Positions 18,283 through 30,010 of a DNA stretch of 64,000 nucleotides are shown in pieces. Both the position numbers and the translations under genes were made by a program. Origin of the DNA: Myxococcota bacterium. Its GTDB lineage: Bacteria; Myxococcota_C; UBA6777. The notes under the pieces were generated by a model, which was given only the letters and a program-made list of their open reading frames with translations, did not search any database and was not told the origin of the DNA. Every line of letters starts with the position of its first letter. The stretch's first letter is position 1. Location of the stretch: positions 1-64,000 of the forward strand of contig JAKLKB010000022.1 of NCBI GenBank assembly GCA_023150835.1, written 5' to 3'.

Positions 18283-21200
18283 ATGCCCAAACGAACCGAT
18301 ATCCATAAGATCCTTTTGATTGGTGCGGGTCCGATCGTGATCGGCCAAGCCGCCGAGTTTGATTATAGCGGAACCCAAGCCGCCAAAGCCCTCAAGCGCG
18401 AAGGCTACGAAGTGGTCCTCGTCAACAGCAATCCCGCCACGATCATGACCGATCCCGAGCTTGTGGATGCCACCTACATCGAGCCGATCACGACAGAGAT
18501 CTTGGAGATGATCATCGCCAAAGAACGTCCTGATGCGCTGCTTCCGACGGTGGGAGGGCAGACAGGGCTCAATGCGTCGATGAAGCTTGCCGAAGCGGGT
18601 GTCCTCGAAAAATACGGCGTGCAGATGCTCGGTGCTTCGGTGCAAGCGGTACGCTTGGCCGAAGATCGCAAGCTGTTTCAGGAAAAGATGCTGGAGGTGG
18701 GGCTTTCGGTTCCACGCGGTCGGATGGCAAACAACGTCGAAGAAGGCATCGAGATCGCACGAGAGATCGGAAGTTTTCCGTTGTTGCTGCGGCCTTCGTT
18801 TACACTTGGCGGAAGTGGCGGCGGGATCGTCTACAACGAAGAAGAGTTTGCAGAGCGCCTCGCGTTTGGTTTGCGCGAAAGTCCAACGCACAGCGTGCTT
18901 GTCGAAGAAAGCATCCTCGGTTGGAAAGAGTACGAGTTGGAGGTGATGCGAGACCGCGCCAACAACTTTGTGGTGGTGTGTACCATCGAAAACATCGATC
19001 CGATGGGCATCCACACAGGGGACTCCGTCACCGTGGCTCCGTCGATGACGCTGACGGATCGGGAGTTTCAGATGATGCGCGATCAGGCCCGCGTGGTGAT
19101 GCACGCGATCGGGGTGGAGACGGGCGGTTCCAACGTCCAATTCGCGGTCGATCCACAGACGGGCAGGGTGATCGTCATCGAGATGAATCCGCGTGTCAGT
19201 CGTTCAAGCGCCCTTGCAAGCAAAGCAACGGGTTTTCCGATCGCCAAGATCGCCGCACTACTCGCAGTGGGCTACACCCTCGACGAGATCAAAAACGATA
19301 TCACCCAAACCACCGTCGCTTCCTTTGAGCCAAGCATCGACTACGTCGTCACCAAGCTGCCGCGATGGGCCTTTGAGAAATTCCCGGGCGTCGATCCCAC
19401 GCTCGGAACACAGATGAAATCTGTCGGAGAGGCGATGTCCATCGGTCGCACCTTCAAAGAATCCTTTCTCAAAGGCTTGCAGTCGTTGGAGTTGTCTCGC
19501 GCCCCCTTCCCAACGCCTGAAAATGCCCTGTGGGACAGGCGGATCGAAAGCCTTGCGAGAGGCCGCGCCGAGCGGATGTGGACGCTTTGGGAGGCTTTTC
19601 GTGCAGGCCATTCGGTCGAAGAGATCAACCGTGTGACGCACATCGACCCGTGGTTTTTGGTGCAGTTTGAGCAGATCGTGGCGCTAGAGTCCGAAACAGC
19701 AGCGTATCACGACGCCAAAGACCTGCCGCCCGCTTTGCTTCACCAACTCAAGCAAAGCGGGTTTGGCGACGAGCATATCGCATGGCTGTTGATGCAGCCC
19801 GTCTGGCCGCCCCGTCCGATCCCCGTCGAAGAACGCTTGGCTCGCATCATGGAAAAGAAACATCTCCCAAGCGCCCAATCCATCGGCAAGATCCGTCAGA
19901 TGCGCAAACAACAGGGCATCCAGCCGACGTATCAGATGGTGGATACTTGCGCGGCAGAGTTTGCGGCCCATACGCCTTACTTGTACAGCTCTTACGAAAC
20001 GGAGAGCGAGGCCCCGCCCTCCAGCCGCGAAAAAGTGATCATCCTTGGAGGCGGTCCCAACCGCATCGGCCAAGGGATCGAGTTCGATTACTGCTGTGTC
20101 CACGCAGTCCAAGCCGTCCGAAAGCGCGGATACGAGGCCGTAATGATCAACTGCAATCCCGAGACTGTCAGTACCGATTATGACACTTCGGATCGGCTGT
20201 ACTTTGAGCCGTTGACGGTCGAACACGTCCTCAACATCGTCGAGCGCGAACAACCGCTCAAAGGCGTGATCGCCCAATTTGGCGGGCAAACCCCACTCAA
20301 CTTGATCCATGATCTCCATGCCAACGGCGTCCCCATCCTTGGATCTTCTCCCGACACCATCGATCGGGCTGAAGATCGCGGGCGCTTTGGCGACCTGCTG
20401 CGCGAACTCGATATCCCAAGCCCCGCCTTCGGGATCGCCAAGTCTCGCGAAGATGCCCATGTGATCGCCCGTTCGGTTGGTTATCCTGTGTTGGTGCGGC
20501 CCTCTTACGTCCTTGGTGGGCGGGCGATGGTGATCGTTTATGACGAAAGCACCCTCGATGGCTACGTTGCCACCGCCCTTGCAGCCTCCCCCAACCAAAC
20601 CTTGTTGATCGATCATTACCTCGAAGATTCTTTTGAGGTCGATGTGGACGCGCTTTGCGATGGCGAACAAGTCGTGATCTGCGGCGTGATGCAGCACATC
20701 GAAGAAGCCGGCATCCACAGCGGCGACTCTGCCTGTGTTCTTCCGCCCTTCAAGATCTCCGCCTATCATCTCGCCTATATCCAAGAATACACCGAGCTTT
20801 TGGGGCGTTCACTCGGCGTGATCGGCTTGATGAATATCCAATACGCCATCAAAGAAGATCGCGTCTATGTCCTTGAAGTGAACCCCCGCGCAAGTCGCAC
20901 CATCCCGTTTGTAAGCAAAGCCAAAGGGGTCCCCTTTGCCCGAATCGCCACCTACACCATGCTCGACCGCACCTTGCGCCAAATGAATCTCTCCGAAGAA
21001 CCCGCCATGCGCGGATTCTTTGTCAAAGAAGCTGTCCTGCCCTTCAAAAAGTTTGAAGGCGTGGATGCTCGCCTCGGCCCCGAGATGCGCAGTACCGGCG
21101 AAGTCATGGGCTTTGCCGACTCCTTTGGGCATGCCTTTGCAAAAGCCCAAGCTGCTGCAGGAGATCCCCTGCCCGCCAAAGGCAGCGTCTTTGTCAGCGT

Positions 21201-21615
21201 CAACGATTACGACAAGTCCGCTGCACTCAAGATCGCCCGCGACCTTCACCGAATGGGTTTTCCAATCCTCGCAACACGCGGAACTGCCGAATACTTCGAG
21301 CGAAACAACTTACCTGTTGAACGCATCAACAAAGTTCGTCAAGGTAGCCCCCACATCGTCGAACTGATCAAGGCCGGCAAAGTCGCCTTGATCCTCAACA
21401 CTCCCCTTGGACAAGTCGCTTACGAAGAAGGCGCACAGATCCGCACCACCGCTGTGCGTTATGGGATCCCTCTGCTCACCACCCTCAGCGCAGGGCAAGC
21501 CGCCGTCCAAGGTATCCAAGCCCTCCGCGCCAAACAACTTAGCGTCCGCTCCCTCCAAGAACACTACCGCCAAATCCCCACCCTCCAACAGTACAAATTC
21601 GATCAAAATCCCTAA
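18283..21615 (+). CDS. carB: Carbamoyl-phosphate synthase large subunit
   Basis: [62 protein letters not shown] and MGS tail. Confidence 0.98.
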   Translation: MPKRTDIHKILLIGAGPIVIGQAAEFDYSGTQAAKALKREGYEVVLVNSNPATIMTDPELVDATYIEPITTEILEMIIAKERPDALLPTVGGQTGLNASMKLAEAGVLEKYGVQMLGASVQAVRLAEDRKLFQEKMLEVGLSVPRGRMANNVEEGIEIAREIGSFPLLLRPSFTLGGSGGGIVYNEEEFAERLAFGLRESPTHSVLVEESILGWKEYELEVMRDRANNFVVVCTIENIDPMGIHTGDSVTVAPSMTLTDREFQMMRDQARVVMHAIGVETGGSNVQFAVDPQTGRVIVIEMNPRVSRSSALASKATGFPIAKIAALLAVGYTLDEIKNDITQTTVASFEPSIDYVVTKLPRWAFEKFPGVDPTLGTQMKSVGEAMSIGRTFKESFLKGLQSLELSRAPFPTPENALWDRRIESLARGRAERMWTLWEAFRAGHSVEEINRVTHIDPWFLVQFEQIVALESETAAYHDAKDLPPALLHQLKQSGFGDEHIAWLLMQPVWPPRPIPVEERLARIMEKKHLPSAQSIGKIRQMRKQQGIQPTYQMVDTCAAEFAAHTPYLYSSYETESEAPPSSREKVIILGGGPNRIGQGIEFDYCCVHAVQAVRKRGYEAVMINCNPETVSTDYDTSDRLYFEPLTVEHVLNIVEREQPLKGVIAQFGGQTPLNLIHDLHANGVPILGSSPDTIDRAEDRGRFGDLLRELDIPSPAFGIAKSREDAHVIARSVGYPVLVRPSYVLGGRAMVIVYDESTLDGYVATALAASPNQTLLIDHYLEDSFEVDVDALCDGEQVVICGVMQHIEEAGIHSGDSACVLPPFKISAYHLAYIQEYTELLGRSLGVIGLMNIQYAIKEDRVYVLEVNPRASRTIPFVSKAKGVPFARIATYTMLDRTLRQMNLSEEPAMRGFFVKEAVLPFKKFEGVDARLGPEMRSTGEVMGFADSFGHAFAKAQAAAGDPLPAKGSVFVSVNDYDKSAALKIARDLHRMGFPILATRGTAEYFERNNLPVERINKVRQGSPHIVELIKAGKVALILNTPLGQVAYEEGAQIRTTAVRYGIPLLTTLSAGQAAVQGIQALRAKQLSVRSLQEHYRQIPTLQQYKFDQNP

Positions 21616-21875
21616 CGATACCCTGCTCGGTGCCGCTTGTTGGCCTTGCGCTTGGGGAATAAAGTGAGCATCCAAGAAATCGATAACAGAGATGTTCGAT
21701 CCACCAAAAAGCACAGCAAAGAAACCCGGATCATCGCGAAAGAAGGATCGTTGTGCTCAAGTGAAGAATGTGGAGGGAACGGATGGGTTTGCAGCGAGAG
21801 ATATCGCGTTGGTTGGAGATCCTTGATCGCCGAAAGCAGCGACGGGCATCGGCAGCCCCAAAAGAAGGGGAGACG

Positions 21876-24800
21876 ATGGATGTGCGTTGGGGGGGCCTGC
21901 GCTGGTGGTTCTTGCCGGTATTTGTGGTGTGTGTGGGGAGTTGGGCGGCGTGGGTGTTATGGAAGACCACGAAGATGGCCGATTCGCCTTATGGGATGGT
22001 GATCTTGGATGCGCCCTTGCCTTCTGCCTTGCGAACACAGCCTTGGTTTGGGCAAGATCGACGTTATTTCGTTCTTCAACCACAAACCGATCCTGCGCAA
22101 GTGGTGTTGTCGAGACCCGGGCGAGGGGTGCGAGCCTATCGCGGGCAAGAAGGCGTGCCGCTGTTTGGAGTGCAAACACCGCTGACAGAGCTGTTTCTCC
22201 CGCCTTGCGATGCACCGCCCGAGGCGGATGCAACGTACTTTTACACAGGCGACGGGATGATCTTGTGGGCGTGCCTCCAAGATCACGAACGCATCGGGTT
22301 GTACCGCGTGGGTTGGCGTTTTTCCGAAGCGGCATGGCGCAAAGGCCGCAGCCTCGGATACAGCGCAGACAATGCGATCGTGATGGGGGGGGCGATGTTG
22401 CCATTGCACAGCGCGACCTTGCGTCTTCAAGGAAACGAGATGCAGCTCCGCCCCCAAGGAACGTGCCTTTCCCTTCCTCTCCACACAACGCCCTCCGAAG
22501 ATATCCTCACCCCTCAAGCTCCCCCCAAAGATGCCGATGGAGCCGCCGCACAAGTCCCCCCCAAAGATGCCGATGGAGCCGCCACACAAGTCCCCGCCGA
22601 AGGCGCAGCGCAAGAAACAACGCCATGCGACAAAAGCGCCCGAACGATCGCCGCAGGCGTGTTGTTTCGTTTGCATAGTCCGAGGTTTCCGCATCGTGCG
22701 GTGACATTCCGATGGCAGCGCGCTTTACAGCCGAACGAAGGGATCGATCTGTGGCTTCATCCTGCGCTTGGTGAAGGGACAAGCATCCGTGTCCTTTCGA
22801 TCGAAGGGCTACGACTGGCGCGTCAGCGGGGCTTCTTGGTGGGGCGAGCCGATCTGTACTTTCGGGATATCTTGCCTGACGCGACGCGCACCCGTGACTT
22901 GGAAGAAGTCGTGCATCAGATGGTTTTGTCAGGCGCATTGCATTACCTCGAAGGCGAGGACTTGCGAAAACGCTTAGAACATCCGCCCTTTGCACCTGCG
23001 CCCTTGGATACTTGGATCGCTGGTGCGCTCCAAGATCAACAACGGCGGTTGTTTTCCCCGCTCCAAGAAGATCCGTTTCTTCGCAATCGCCTTGCGATGG
23101 TCAACCAAGCCCTTGCACGAGGAGATAAAACTCGCGCCCGCGCCTTGTTCCGTCTCCAGCGCCGCAACGATATGCAAAAAAGCGAACTGTTGGGCCTTGG
23201 CATCGGAAGCATCATGCTCCAATCTCCGCGCCGCAACCTGCTTTCTCCACGACAACAACGACGCTCCACACAGCCCGATCTTCGGCTGCAAACCACGCTC
23301 ACCACCCGCCGCACTCCACGCCCTTTTTTGATCGAAGTCCTCCCCGAGCCCCTGACTTCGCCCCCGCGCATCTTGTACCTTCACAACGAACAAACCGAAG
23401 TGATCGTCTTGGATATCTTGCCCAAAGAAGCCAAAAAACGCCGCCTGTCCGAAGTGTTGGCAGTCGCAAATGGCCGCGCCCTGATCTGGCACAACGACCA
23501 ATGGCTCCAAAGCCCCGACCCCTTCTTTGCCACCGCCGATGCCCTCCAAGAACAACCCTCCGCCCTTTCCACAACATCCGATCCATCGAAGTCTTCCACA
23601 ACATCCGATCCATCGAAGTCTTCCACAACATCCGATCCATCGAAGTCTTCCACAACATCCGATCCATCGAAGTCTTCCACAACATCTGATCCATCGAAGT
23701 CTTCCACAACATCCGATCCATCGAAGTCTTCCACCAATACATCCACTCAAGGCTCAGAAGGTTCGGAGCCATCGCGGTTTTTATATCGCGTCACGGGGCG
23801 TTGGTGGCAACGAGAACCTGGGCGTCAACGCAGCAGCACGTGGTGGCCGCTACAGGCGATTGCGCGGCAACTGGCGGCATCGAATGCAGAAGAGGCGTTG
23901 GCCCGCCAGATCCTTGAAGCCAACCGCGCCCAAGTGCAGACGCGCCCGCATTGCGGGAACCAGAGCGTGCGCCAAGGCAAGCGTTGGGTGCATCGCCCGG
24001 GATGTTGGGAAAAGACGACGCTGTTTGCGCAGGATGCGATGTTGGTGATCCCTTGTGGAGCCTTGCTGCGGGAGGCATTGCGCAAGCAACGATGCCGCGC
24101 AGGGCAACCGACGGTGACGTTGGATCGCAGTGGGCGCCCGTTGTTGCCACCGATCACTTCGTACAACACGTCTTATCATGGCATCGTGATATCGAAAACA
24201 ACGGACGTATCAGGGACAGATCGCTATTTTCTTGTGCCGCTCAAAGAAAGCCAGACCGTTCAGCGCAACCACTACGATCTCACGGCGCAAAAGCGTTATC
24301 CGCTGCGGGATGGGGATCTTTTGTTGCTTGGCAAGCGGCAGATCCGTTTTTCTGCGCCACCGATCAGCGTCGCGTATTCGCGCTTTCAAGGGGATCGGAT
24401 CGTTCCCGTGTATCCACATGGGCCGTTGTACGGGCATGTGATCGCAGGGAGCGTGGGGGGGCCGTATCGCAACCACCCCGCCGATCTGCGTACACAGCTT
24501 CCTCCGCCCCCACCCGCCTCAGCCAATGGCGCGCTTGTTCACGATGGGCCGCGCAAGATCGCGCTCACGCTGGATCCTGACCTGCAACAGATCGCGTTTC
24601 GCGTGGGACTACAGCATTTTTCTCGCCTTGATTCCGCCGCCTTTCAACAGCGCTTTCGCCGCCGTTTTTTCCGCAACCCTGACAAGCCCCACGCAGGCGC
24701 GATCTTGTTGCTTGAACGCAAGCAAGGGCAAGTCCTGACTGCCTTAACTTTTCCAGCCCTCGATCCCAATCCCCCCGCTCAAACCGAGGCACTCCAAGAT

Positions 24801-26540
24801 CAAAGCGAACGGGCCATCCGCTATTTTTATGGTCAGATCCTTGATGCGCACGATCTAACGCGGCCCTTGCTTGCTTACCGACAAGGTGCGCTACCGCCCG
24901 ATCCACCGTCCGCAACAAGACGCACCCAAAAGCCTCCCCTGATCCCTTCGCTGCTTGAGGCCCTTGCATGGGAGCGCGAAGAAGAACAGCGCGGGATCCG
25001 ACCGATGGATCGGAGTGGTTGGTTAACGGAGCGTGCGATCTACGGCTCGCTGACGCCGGGTTCGACAGCCAAGATCGTGACGGCTGTGGCGTATGCTCGT
25101 TTTCTTCGACAACAAGGACAACCCGTCCGCTTTCCAAAGCACCAATGCGCGGGAGGGATGATGTTTCAATTGCAACGCCGCATCGGGGATAAGCAAACAG
25201 CGTGGCGAGATTCATCGATCCACTTTCGCTGCCACAAACGCGGCGGACACGGACACATCGATCTGCAAACCGCGATGGCGTCCTCTTGCAACGTCTACTT
25301 TGCCAAGCTGGCGTTGGCGATGGTCGGGATCCCTGAAAAGCAACTGGATCGGCCCGCTGCTTCGGTGCGTTGGCATTCAAGCCGAAACAGCGGAACGGGC
25401 CGTTATGAGGTCTTTCGCTTTCCGACCGACAGCATCGCACAGCACGTCGATGACCCCAAACACCACGCTCTTTGGGAAACTGCCGCGATGTTCGGCTTCT
25501 CGATGCGCTACACCTACCAACACGCCCCCAAACAGATCAGCCATTACACCGATCTGCTCTTCACCCCTCGCTACGGGCCTTGGAAGCGCCCTCCCACCGA
25601 TCTCAAACCTGCGCAACAGCAGCAGATCGCACAACAGCTTTTGCACGAACGGATCGTCCAACAACATCCGCTCGGACACTTCGGCATCGGGCGCAGCTTT
25701 GCCTTCGCCGCCGCTTATCCTGCTTGGCAACAATGGAGCCGACAAGCCCGCGAACCCCGCTATCAAAAGAAAACTTCGCCACAAGCCACCTTTGGCTCGT
25801 TTGCGGCTTCTTTGCGCGGGATGGCCTACGTCGGCTTCGGCCAAAACCTAACGATATCTCCGTTGGTGATCACCCAAAGTCTCGCTGCGGTCGCCAACGG
25901 CGGTTGGCTCCCTGCGCCCCAGATCTGGCTTGGCGATTGGCAACACAACACACCTCCCCCCCAACCTCAAGCCCGCAAACCCACCGACCCTGTTCGTGTG
26001 CTTTCCGCTCCCGATGCTGCGGTACTACGCGAAGCCCTTGCTGCCGTGACGGCTCGCGGTACAGCCGCACAGCCGTTTGCCCGCCTCAATCGCCGATGCC
26101 TCGCCGCCTATGGACTCCGTATCATCGGTAAAACCGGCACCGCCGAAGCCCTTAGCGCTCGCGCTCGCAAACATCTGCTTCAACAAGTCATCGCCACCCG
26201 CCACACCCACAAAGGCTCCCACGCTGCCTTCCTTAAAGACACAGGCTGCCACCAACGCTCCTCGTGGCGCTACAACTATCCCGAAGAAGCCGTCGCGGAC
26301 TCTCTCTTCGTTGGTGCATTCGTCCCCACCGAAACCCCCGCCACCCAAGCCCTGCCCTCCCCTCTTCCTTTTCCGCTCCAAGATCTCACCTTTGCCTTTG
26401 TCGTCAAACACGGCTACCACCCCGAAGGCGCTCCCTGCCGCAAAGCAGGCCAAGATATCGACCGCTCCGAAGCACGCTATCTCGCTTACGATACCTTGCT
26501 CGCCATCCTCCAAAGCCTCGGTCTTTGCTTGACAATGTGA
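21876..26540 (+). CDS. Very large membrane-anchored penicillin-binding transpeptidase-domain protein with FHA-like and LysM-like segments
   Basis: N-terminal TM; PGSTAK (SxxK), SSCNVYF (SxN), GFGQN and GKTGTAE (KTG); YPLRDGDLLLLG FHA-like end. Confidence 0.8.
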   Translation: MDVRWGGLRWWFLPVFVVCVGSWAAWVLWKTTKMADSPYGMVILDAPLPSALRTQPWFGQDRRYFVLQPQTDPAQVVLSRPGRGVRAYRGQEGVPLFGVQTPLTELFLPPCDAPPEADATYFYTGDGMILWACLQDHERIGLYRVGWRFSEAAWRKGRSLGYSADNAIVMGGAMLPLHSATLRLQGNEMQLRPQGTCLSLPLHTTPSEDILTPQAPPKDADGAAAQVPPKDADGAATQVPAEGAAQETTPCDKSARTIAAGVLFRLHSPRFPHRAVTFRWQRALQPNEGIDLWLHPALGEGTSIRVLSIEGLRLARQRGFLVGRADLYFRDILPDATRTRDLEEVVHQMVLSGALHYLEGEDLRKRLEHPPFAPAPLDTWIAGALQDQQRRLFSPLQEDPFLRNRLAMVNQALARGDKTRARALFRLQRRNDMQKSELLGLGIGSIMLQSPRRNLLSPRQQRRSTQPDLRLQTTLTTRRTPRPFLIEVLPEPLTSPPRILYLHNEQTEVIVLDILPKEAKKRRLSEVLAVANGRALIWHNDQWLQSPDPFFATADALQEQPSALSTTSDPSKSSTTSDPSKSSTTSDPSKSSTTSDPSKSSTTSDPSKSSTTSDPSKSSTNTSTQGSEGSEPSRFLYRVTGRWWQREPGRQRSSTWWPLQAIARQLAASNAEEALARQILEANRAQVQTRPHCGNQSVRQGKRWVHRPGCWEKTTLFAQDAMLVIPCGALLREALRKQRCRAGQPTVTLDRSGRPLLPPITSYNTSYHGIVISKTTDVSGTDRYFLVPLKESQTVQRNHYDLTAQKRYPLRDGDLLLLGKRQIRFSAPPISVAYSRFQGDRIVPVYPHGPLYGHVIAGSVGGPYRNHPADLRTQLPPPPPASANGALVHDGPRKIALTLDPDLQQIAFRVGLQHFSRLDSAAFQQRFRRRFFRNPDKPHAGAILLLERKQGQVLTALTFPALDPNPPAQTEALQDQSERAIRYFYGQILDAHDLTRPLLAYRQGALPPDPPSATRRTQKPPLIPSLLEALAWEREEEQRGIRPMDRSGWLTERAIYGSLTPGSTAKIVTAVAYARFLRQQGQPVRFPKHQCAGGMMFQLQRRIGDKQTAWRDSSIHFRCHKRGGHGHIDLQTAMASSCNVYFAKLALAMVGIPEKQLDRPAASVRWHSSRNSGTGRYEVFRFPTDSIAQHVDDPKHHALWETAAMFGFSMRYTYQHAPKQISHYTDLLFTPRYGPWKRPPTDLKPAQQQQIAQQLLHERIVQQHPLGHFGIGRSFAFAAAYPAWQQWSRQAREPRYQKKTSPQATFGSFAASLRGMAYVGFGQNLTISPLVITQSLAAVANGGWLPAPQIWLGDWQHNTPPPQPQARKPTDPVRVLSAPDAAVLREALAAVTARGTAAQPFARLNRRCLAAYGLRIIGKTGTAEALSARARKHLLQQVIATRHTHKGSHAAFLKDTGCHQRSSWRYNYPEEAVADSLFVGAFVPTETPATQALPSPLPFPLQDLTFAFVVKHGYHPEGAPCRKAGQDIDRSEARYLAYDTLLAILQSLGLCLTM
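23567..23733 (+). repeat. 27-bp in-frame tandem repeat x6 (STTSDPSKS)
   Basis: Unit TTCCACAACATCCGATCCATCGAAGTC. Confidence 0.95.
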
Positions 26541-26589
26541 TCACCGACAGAATCAGCGATCTCCGAAAGAAGTGTACACAAAGGGTAGG

Positions 26590-26644
26590 TGCGATCCGCT
26601 GTAGACGCCCTGTGGTTGGGCAGCCACAGGGGGCTGCCCCTACG
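26590..26644. repeat. GTAG-type REP element
   Basis: TGCGATCCGCTGTAGACGCCCTGTGGTTGGGCAGCCACAGGGGGCTGCCCCTAC between convergent genes. Confidence 0.8.
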
Positions 26645-26677
26645 TTTTTCGATCGCACAGAGATCATATGAGCGATC

Positions 26678-29600
26678 CTAGCGGCACTCCCAATGGATCA
26701 CGCGGCCGTCGCCTCCGCCGGAGTAGAGGGACTTTCCATCAGGACTCCATACCAACGCGTTCACGCCCTCGGTGTGTCCGCCTTGATCCCATCCAAGGAC
26801 TGTCGGCGGATCGATCGAAGAGACCTTCCAGATGCGGATATCTTTGTCATCTCCGCCCGAAGCAAGGAGATGACCTTCGGGATGAAAGACGAGACTGCGG
26901 ATGATCGAGGTGTGACCGACTCCCGCTCCAACAGGAAGGGTTTTCAAAAGATTGAAGTTGTTGCGAACATCCCAGATCTTGATGGTGTGGGCGGTGAGGT
27001 TGGTTCCAGCGGTTGCGAGCCAATTCCCGTCGCGACTCCACGCGACCGCATTCACCACGCCACCGTGGGGATTGCTGTCGTTGCCATCTTTGAGGGTGAT
27101 GGTCGAAAAGCTGAAATCTCCGAGATCTCGGATGCGGATGGTGCCGTCGTCGCTGACGGACGCAAACTTGTATCCGTCAGGAGCAAAGGCCAATCCGTTG
27201 ACAGCAGCACCTGTGTGTTCCGTCCATTGGTTATCGCGACCCCAACCTTGGGAGGTAAAATAATACCATGCGTTGATCACCCCCGAGGTATCCGCAGACA
27301 AAAGATGAGGGAGTCCAGTGTGCGGACTCCACGCAACAGCGGAGATCGGGGCTGCGTGAGGGTTGGTGGTGGATGCGCTCTGTTGCGTGCCAAAGCTCGG
27401 GCCTTGGACGGAGGCGACTTTCCGATCGGTGGTTCCGTAAAGAAGCAACAAAGAATTGGGTGTTTTGGGAGAAGGATGAAGGCTGGGGTAGACAGAGAAG
27501 GTAGACAGAGCAGAAAGAGAAGAGATCGAGGATTTGACGGACGCAAGATCTTGAGGGGGACCAGCGCGATGGAGAGCGCCGTTGGCAGTCCACCAGACGA
27601 GGAAATCTTGGTTGGCGGTCATACCCAAGCCTTTGACGGGGTTGGACTTGGAGTAGAAGGCATTTTGGGATTTGAGAGCAAATTGATCGCAGAGGTTGGG
27701 GCAAGAAAAGTAGAGATAAGCGGGGTTCCCTTGGCTGGCTGTGATCAATTCATCTTTGGTGGGATTCCATGCAAAGTGCCAAAACGCATAGGCATCGGAA
27801 TAAAGGATCGAGACCACCTCGTAGTCTTTGGTTTCCCAGATCCTGAGGTTGACGGAAGGGAAGGCATCGATGGCCGCAAGGAGCCTTCCATCGCGGTTAT
27901 AGGCAAGTTGCGTGACCTTTGCGATAGTTTGTTGGCGTGGGTCTTTGGGGGGATCGCTCAGTTTGCCAAGCGAGTAGATCACGATCTGCGAATGGTTCTG
28001 GGCTGCCGATCCGCAGGCGATCGCGATCTCGTCTTTGGCGGGGTGAATCGCCAGCGCGTAGATGAGTTTGGAGACGGATGTGGACTGGGTTTGTTTGCCA
28101 TCGCTCATCCCCCACACACGGATACGACCGTCGATGCTTGTGGAGACGAGCTGTCGGCTTGTGCGATCAAAAGCGAGACCACTGATACTTGTTGCTTTTG
28201 CTGCGAGATCAAAAAGCACGAACCGTTCTGCGCCCGTTTTCGCGTCCCACACGCGGATCTTGTATTCGTCAGAGGCGCCGCCCGCCGAAGCCAAGAGCTT
28301 CCCATCGGGCGACCACGCCAAGCGCTCGATCCCTCCTTTGTGAGCGTAGCCTTGGTTGGTTTGCTTGAGGAAAAGCAGAGGCTGATAACTGCGCGTGCTC
28401 AAAAGCAAGATGCTTTCGTCTTGCATCGCAAGGGCGATCTCCGCCCCCACAGGATTCCATGAAAGCAACGGAGTGGCTGCGATGCCCAGATTGTTTAGTA
28501 TCGGGAAGGGGGTAGAGTTTCCGACAAAAAAGAAGCGTAGTACACGCTTCGAATCGACCGAAGCAAACTGCAGCCCATCCCAACGAAAGGCGAAACGAAC
28601 GTCAGCGTTGGCATCCATCGAACCGACAGAAAGAGCATCATCGCGTGTGGTTGGAATGCACTTGCGGCACAGATCCGATCCATCGGGTGCGTTATCGATT
28701 TTTCCGTCGCAATCGTTGTCACGGCCATCGCAGGTTCGTTCCACACCTTCGTACACAGCGCCAAAGCTTGGGGTTCCTGCACATCCCACAAATGTCCCGC
28801 CCACGCAAGATTCGATGCTTCCCGCACAAACGCCTTGTTGCTGCGCACACGGGCGAGTCAATTTGTCAATTTGCCCATCGCAATCGTCATCGAGGCCGTT
28901 GCAGATCTCGGTTTGGGGTGTGACTTCGCCCATGCAAGCGCCCCAGATACCGTTGGTGGTGCAGGTCGCCTTACCTACTTTACAGGGGCTAACATCGCGG
29001 GTATTGGAAGGGCCGCTATAGCATTCTTTTTGTTCGCCGGGCTTGCAACAAGCTTGCCCATTCGTGCAGGCGCACACGCTATTTTTGCAGATCTCTCCCG
29101 CAATACAGGCCTTTCCACAAGCGCCACAATGCTTGCTATCCGATACAGTATCCACGCAAGTCCCCGCGCAGTCGGTCTCGCCTTGGGTGCAACCACACCC
29201 AACGTTGGGGGCCAGACCGCAGGTTTCGTCTTGCGGCGTGCTACAGTCGTCTTTTTTTGCGGGCAGGACTTGGTTGAGGCAGGCGCTGTCCCACCGGTTG
29301 TTTTTGCAAGATTGGACGCCTGCTTTGCATCGACCGTTGGCCAACGTGCCGACGGGTCCGATATAACAAGCGCGGGTGTCGCCATCAGCACACAAACAGC
29401 CGTTGGGAGTGTCGTCCACTTTGCCATTGCAATCGTTGTCTCTTCCGTCGCAAACCTCGATAGATGGGAGGATTTGATCGCGACAGGTGCCCCATCGATT
29501 TTGATCGGTACACACCTGCACGCCCGCTCGGCACTCTGCCACGCCCAAGGACGCGGCGTGTCCAGCAAAACAGGGCCGCTCTTTGCCTTTGTCTAGGCAT

Positions 29601-30010
29601 TGACACGTCGCGATCCCCCCTTCGACGTTGTCGATCTGACCGTCGCAATCGTTGTCTGCGAGATCACAGATCTCGAGGGTAGGGAGTTGTTCACCCAAGC
29701 AGGTAGACCACAGACCAAAGACTTCGCAGATCTGGATGCCCGCTTTGCAAGAGCCTTGGCAGGTATAGGTTCCCCCCGCAGCCTCACGTTTGCAGCCCTT
29801 TTCGCCCGAATAACACGGGCGTTTGATCCCGGGAGAACATTGGCGCACGTTGCAAAAGCCGTCCATATCACAATAGATGTTTGGGGCAGATCCTGCACAG
29901 TCCACGTCAGATTCGCAGACACGACGGTCCTTTCCGAAGCAGCCACTCCCCCCAAACCACGAAACAAACAGCACAAACAACAACACACAACCCATCCATC
30001 GACGATGCAT
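26678..30010 (-). CDS. Cys-rich lipoprotein with E-x-C-D/N-G-x-D-N/D-D-C-D-G repeats and C-terminal WD40 propellers
   Basis: Signal ending GSGC; EICDLADNDCDGQID-type repeats; many WSPDG / IRVWD / SGGDDKDIRIW WD40 units. Confidence 0.85.
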   Translation of the reverse strand: MHRRWMGCVLLFVLFVSWFGGSGCFGKDRRVCESDVDCAGSAPNIYCDMDGFCNVRQCSPGIKRPCYSGEKGCKREAAGGTYTCQGSCKAGIQICEVFGLWSTCLGEQLPTLEICDLADNDCDGQIDNVEGGIATCQCLDKGKERPCFAGHAASLGVAECRAGVQVCTDQNRWGTCRDQILPSIEVCDGRDNDCNGKVDDTPNGCLCADGDTRACYIGPVGTLANGRCKAGVQSCKNNRWDSACLNQVLPAKKDDCSTPQDETCGLAPNVGCGCTQGETDCAGTCVDTVSDSKHCGACGKACIAGEICKNSVCACTNGQACCKPGEQKECYSGPSNTRDVSPCKVGKATCTTNGIWGACMGEVTPQTEICNGLDDDCDGQIDKLTRPCAQQQGVCAGSIESCVGGTFVGCAGTPSFGAVYEGVERTCDGRDNDCDGKIDNAPDGSDLCRKCIPTTRDDALSVGSMDANADVRFAFRWDGLQFASVDSKRVLRFFFVGNSTPFPILNNLGIAATPLLSWNPVGAEIALAMQDESILLLSTRSYQPLLFLKQTNQGYAHKGGIERLAWSPDGKLLASAGGASDEYKIRVWDAKTGAERFVLFDLAAKATSISGLAFDRTSRQLVSTSIDGRIRVWGMSDGKQTQSTSVSKLIYALAIHPAKDEIAIACGSAAQNHSQIVIYSLGKLSDPPKDPRQQTIAKVTQLAYNRDGRLLAAIDAFPSVNLRIWETKDYEVVSILYSDAYAFWHFAWNPTKDELITASQGNPAYLYFSCPNLCDQFALKSQNAFYSKSNPVKGLGMTANQDFLVWWTANGALHRAGPPQDLASVKSSISSLSALSTFSVYPSLHPSPKTPNSLLLLYGTTDRKVASVQGPSFGTQQSASTTNPHAAPISAVAWSPHTGLPHLLSADTSGVINAWYYFTSQGWGRDNQWTEHTGAAVNGLAFAPDGYKFASVSDDGTIRIRDLGDFSFSTITLKDGNDSNPHGGVVNAVAWSRDGNWLATAGTNLTAHTIKIWDVRNNFNLLKTLPVGAGVGHTSIIRSLVFHPEGHLLASGGDDKDIRIWKVSSIDPPTVLGWDQGGHTEGVNALVWSPDGKSLYSGGGDGRVIHWECR

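Noticed and set aside
26693-28462. Long antisense ORFs (also 388..1560, 2247..3308, 17863..19140, 48668..50119 and others)
   Set aside because: They shadow motif-bearing genes on the opposite strand and lack recognisable features.
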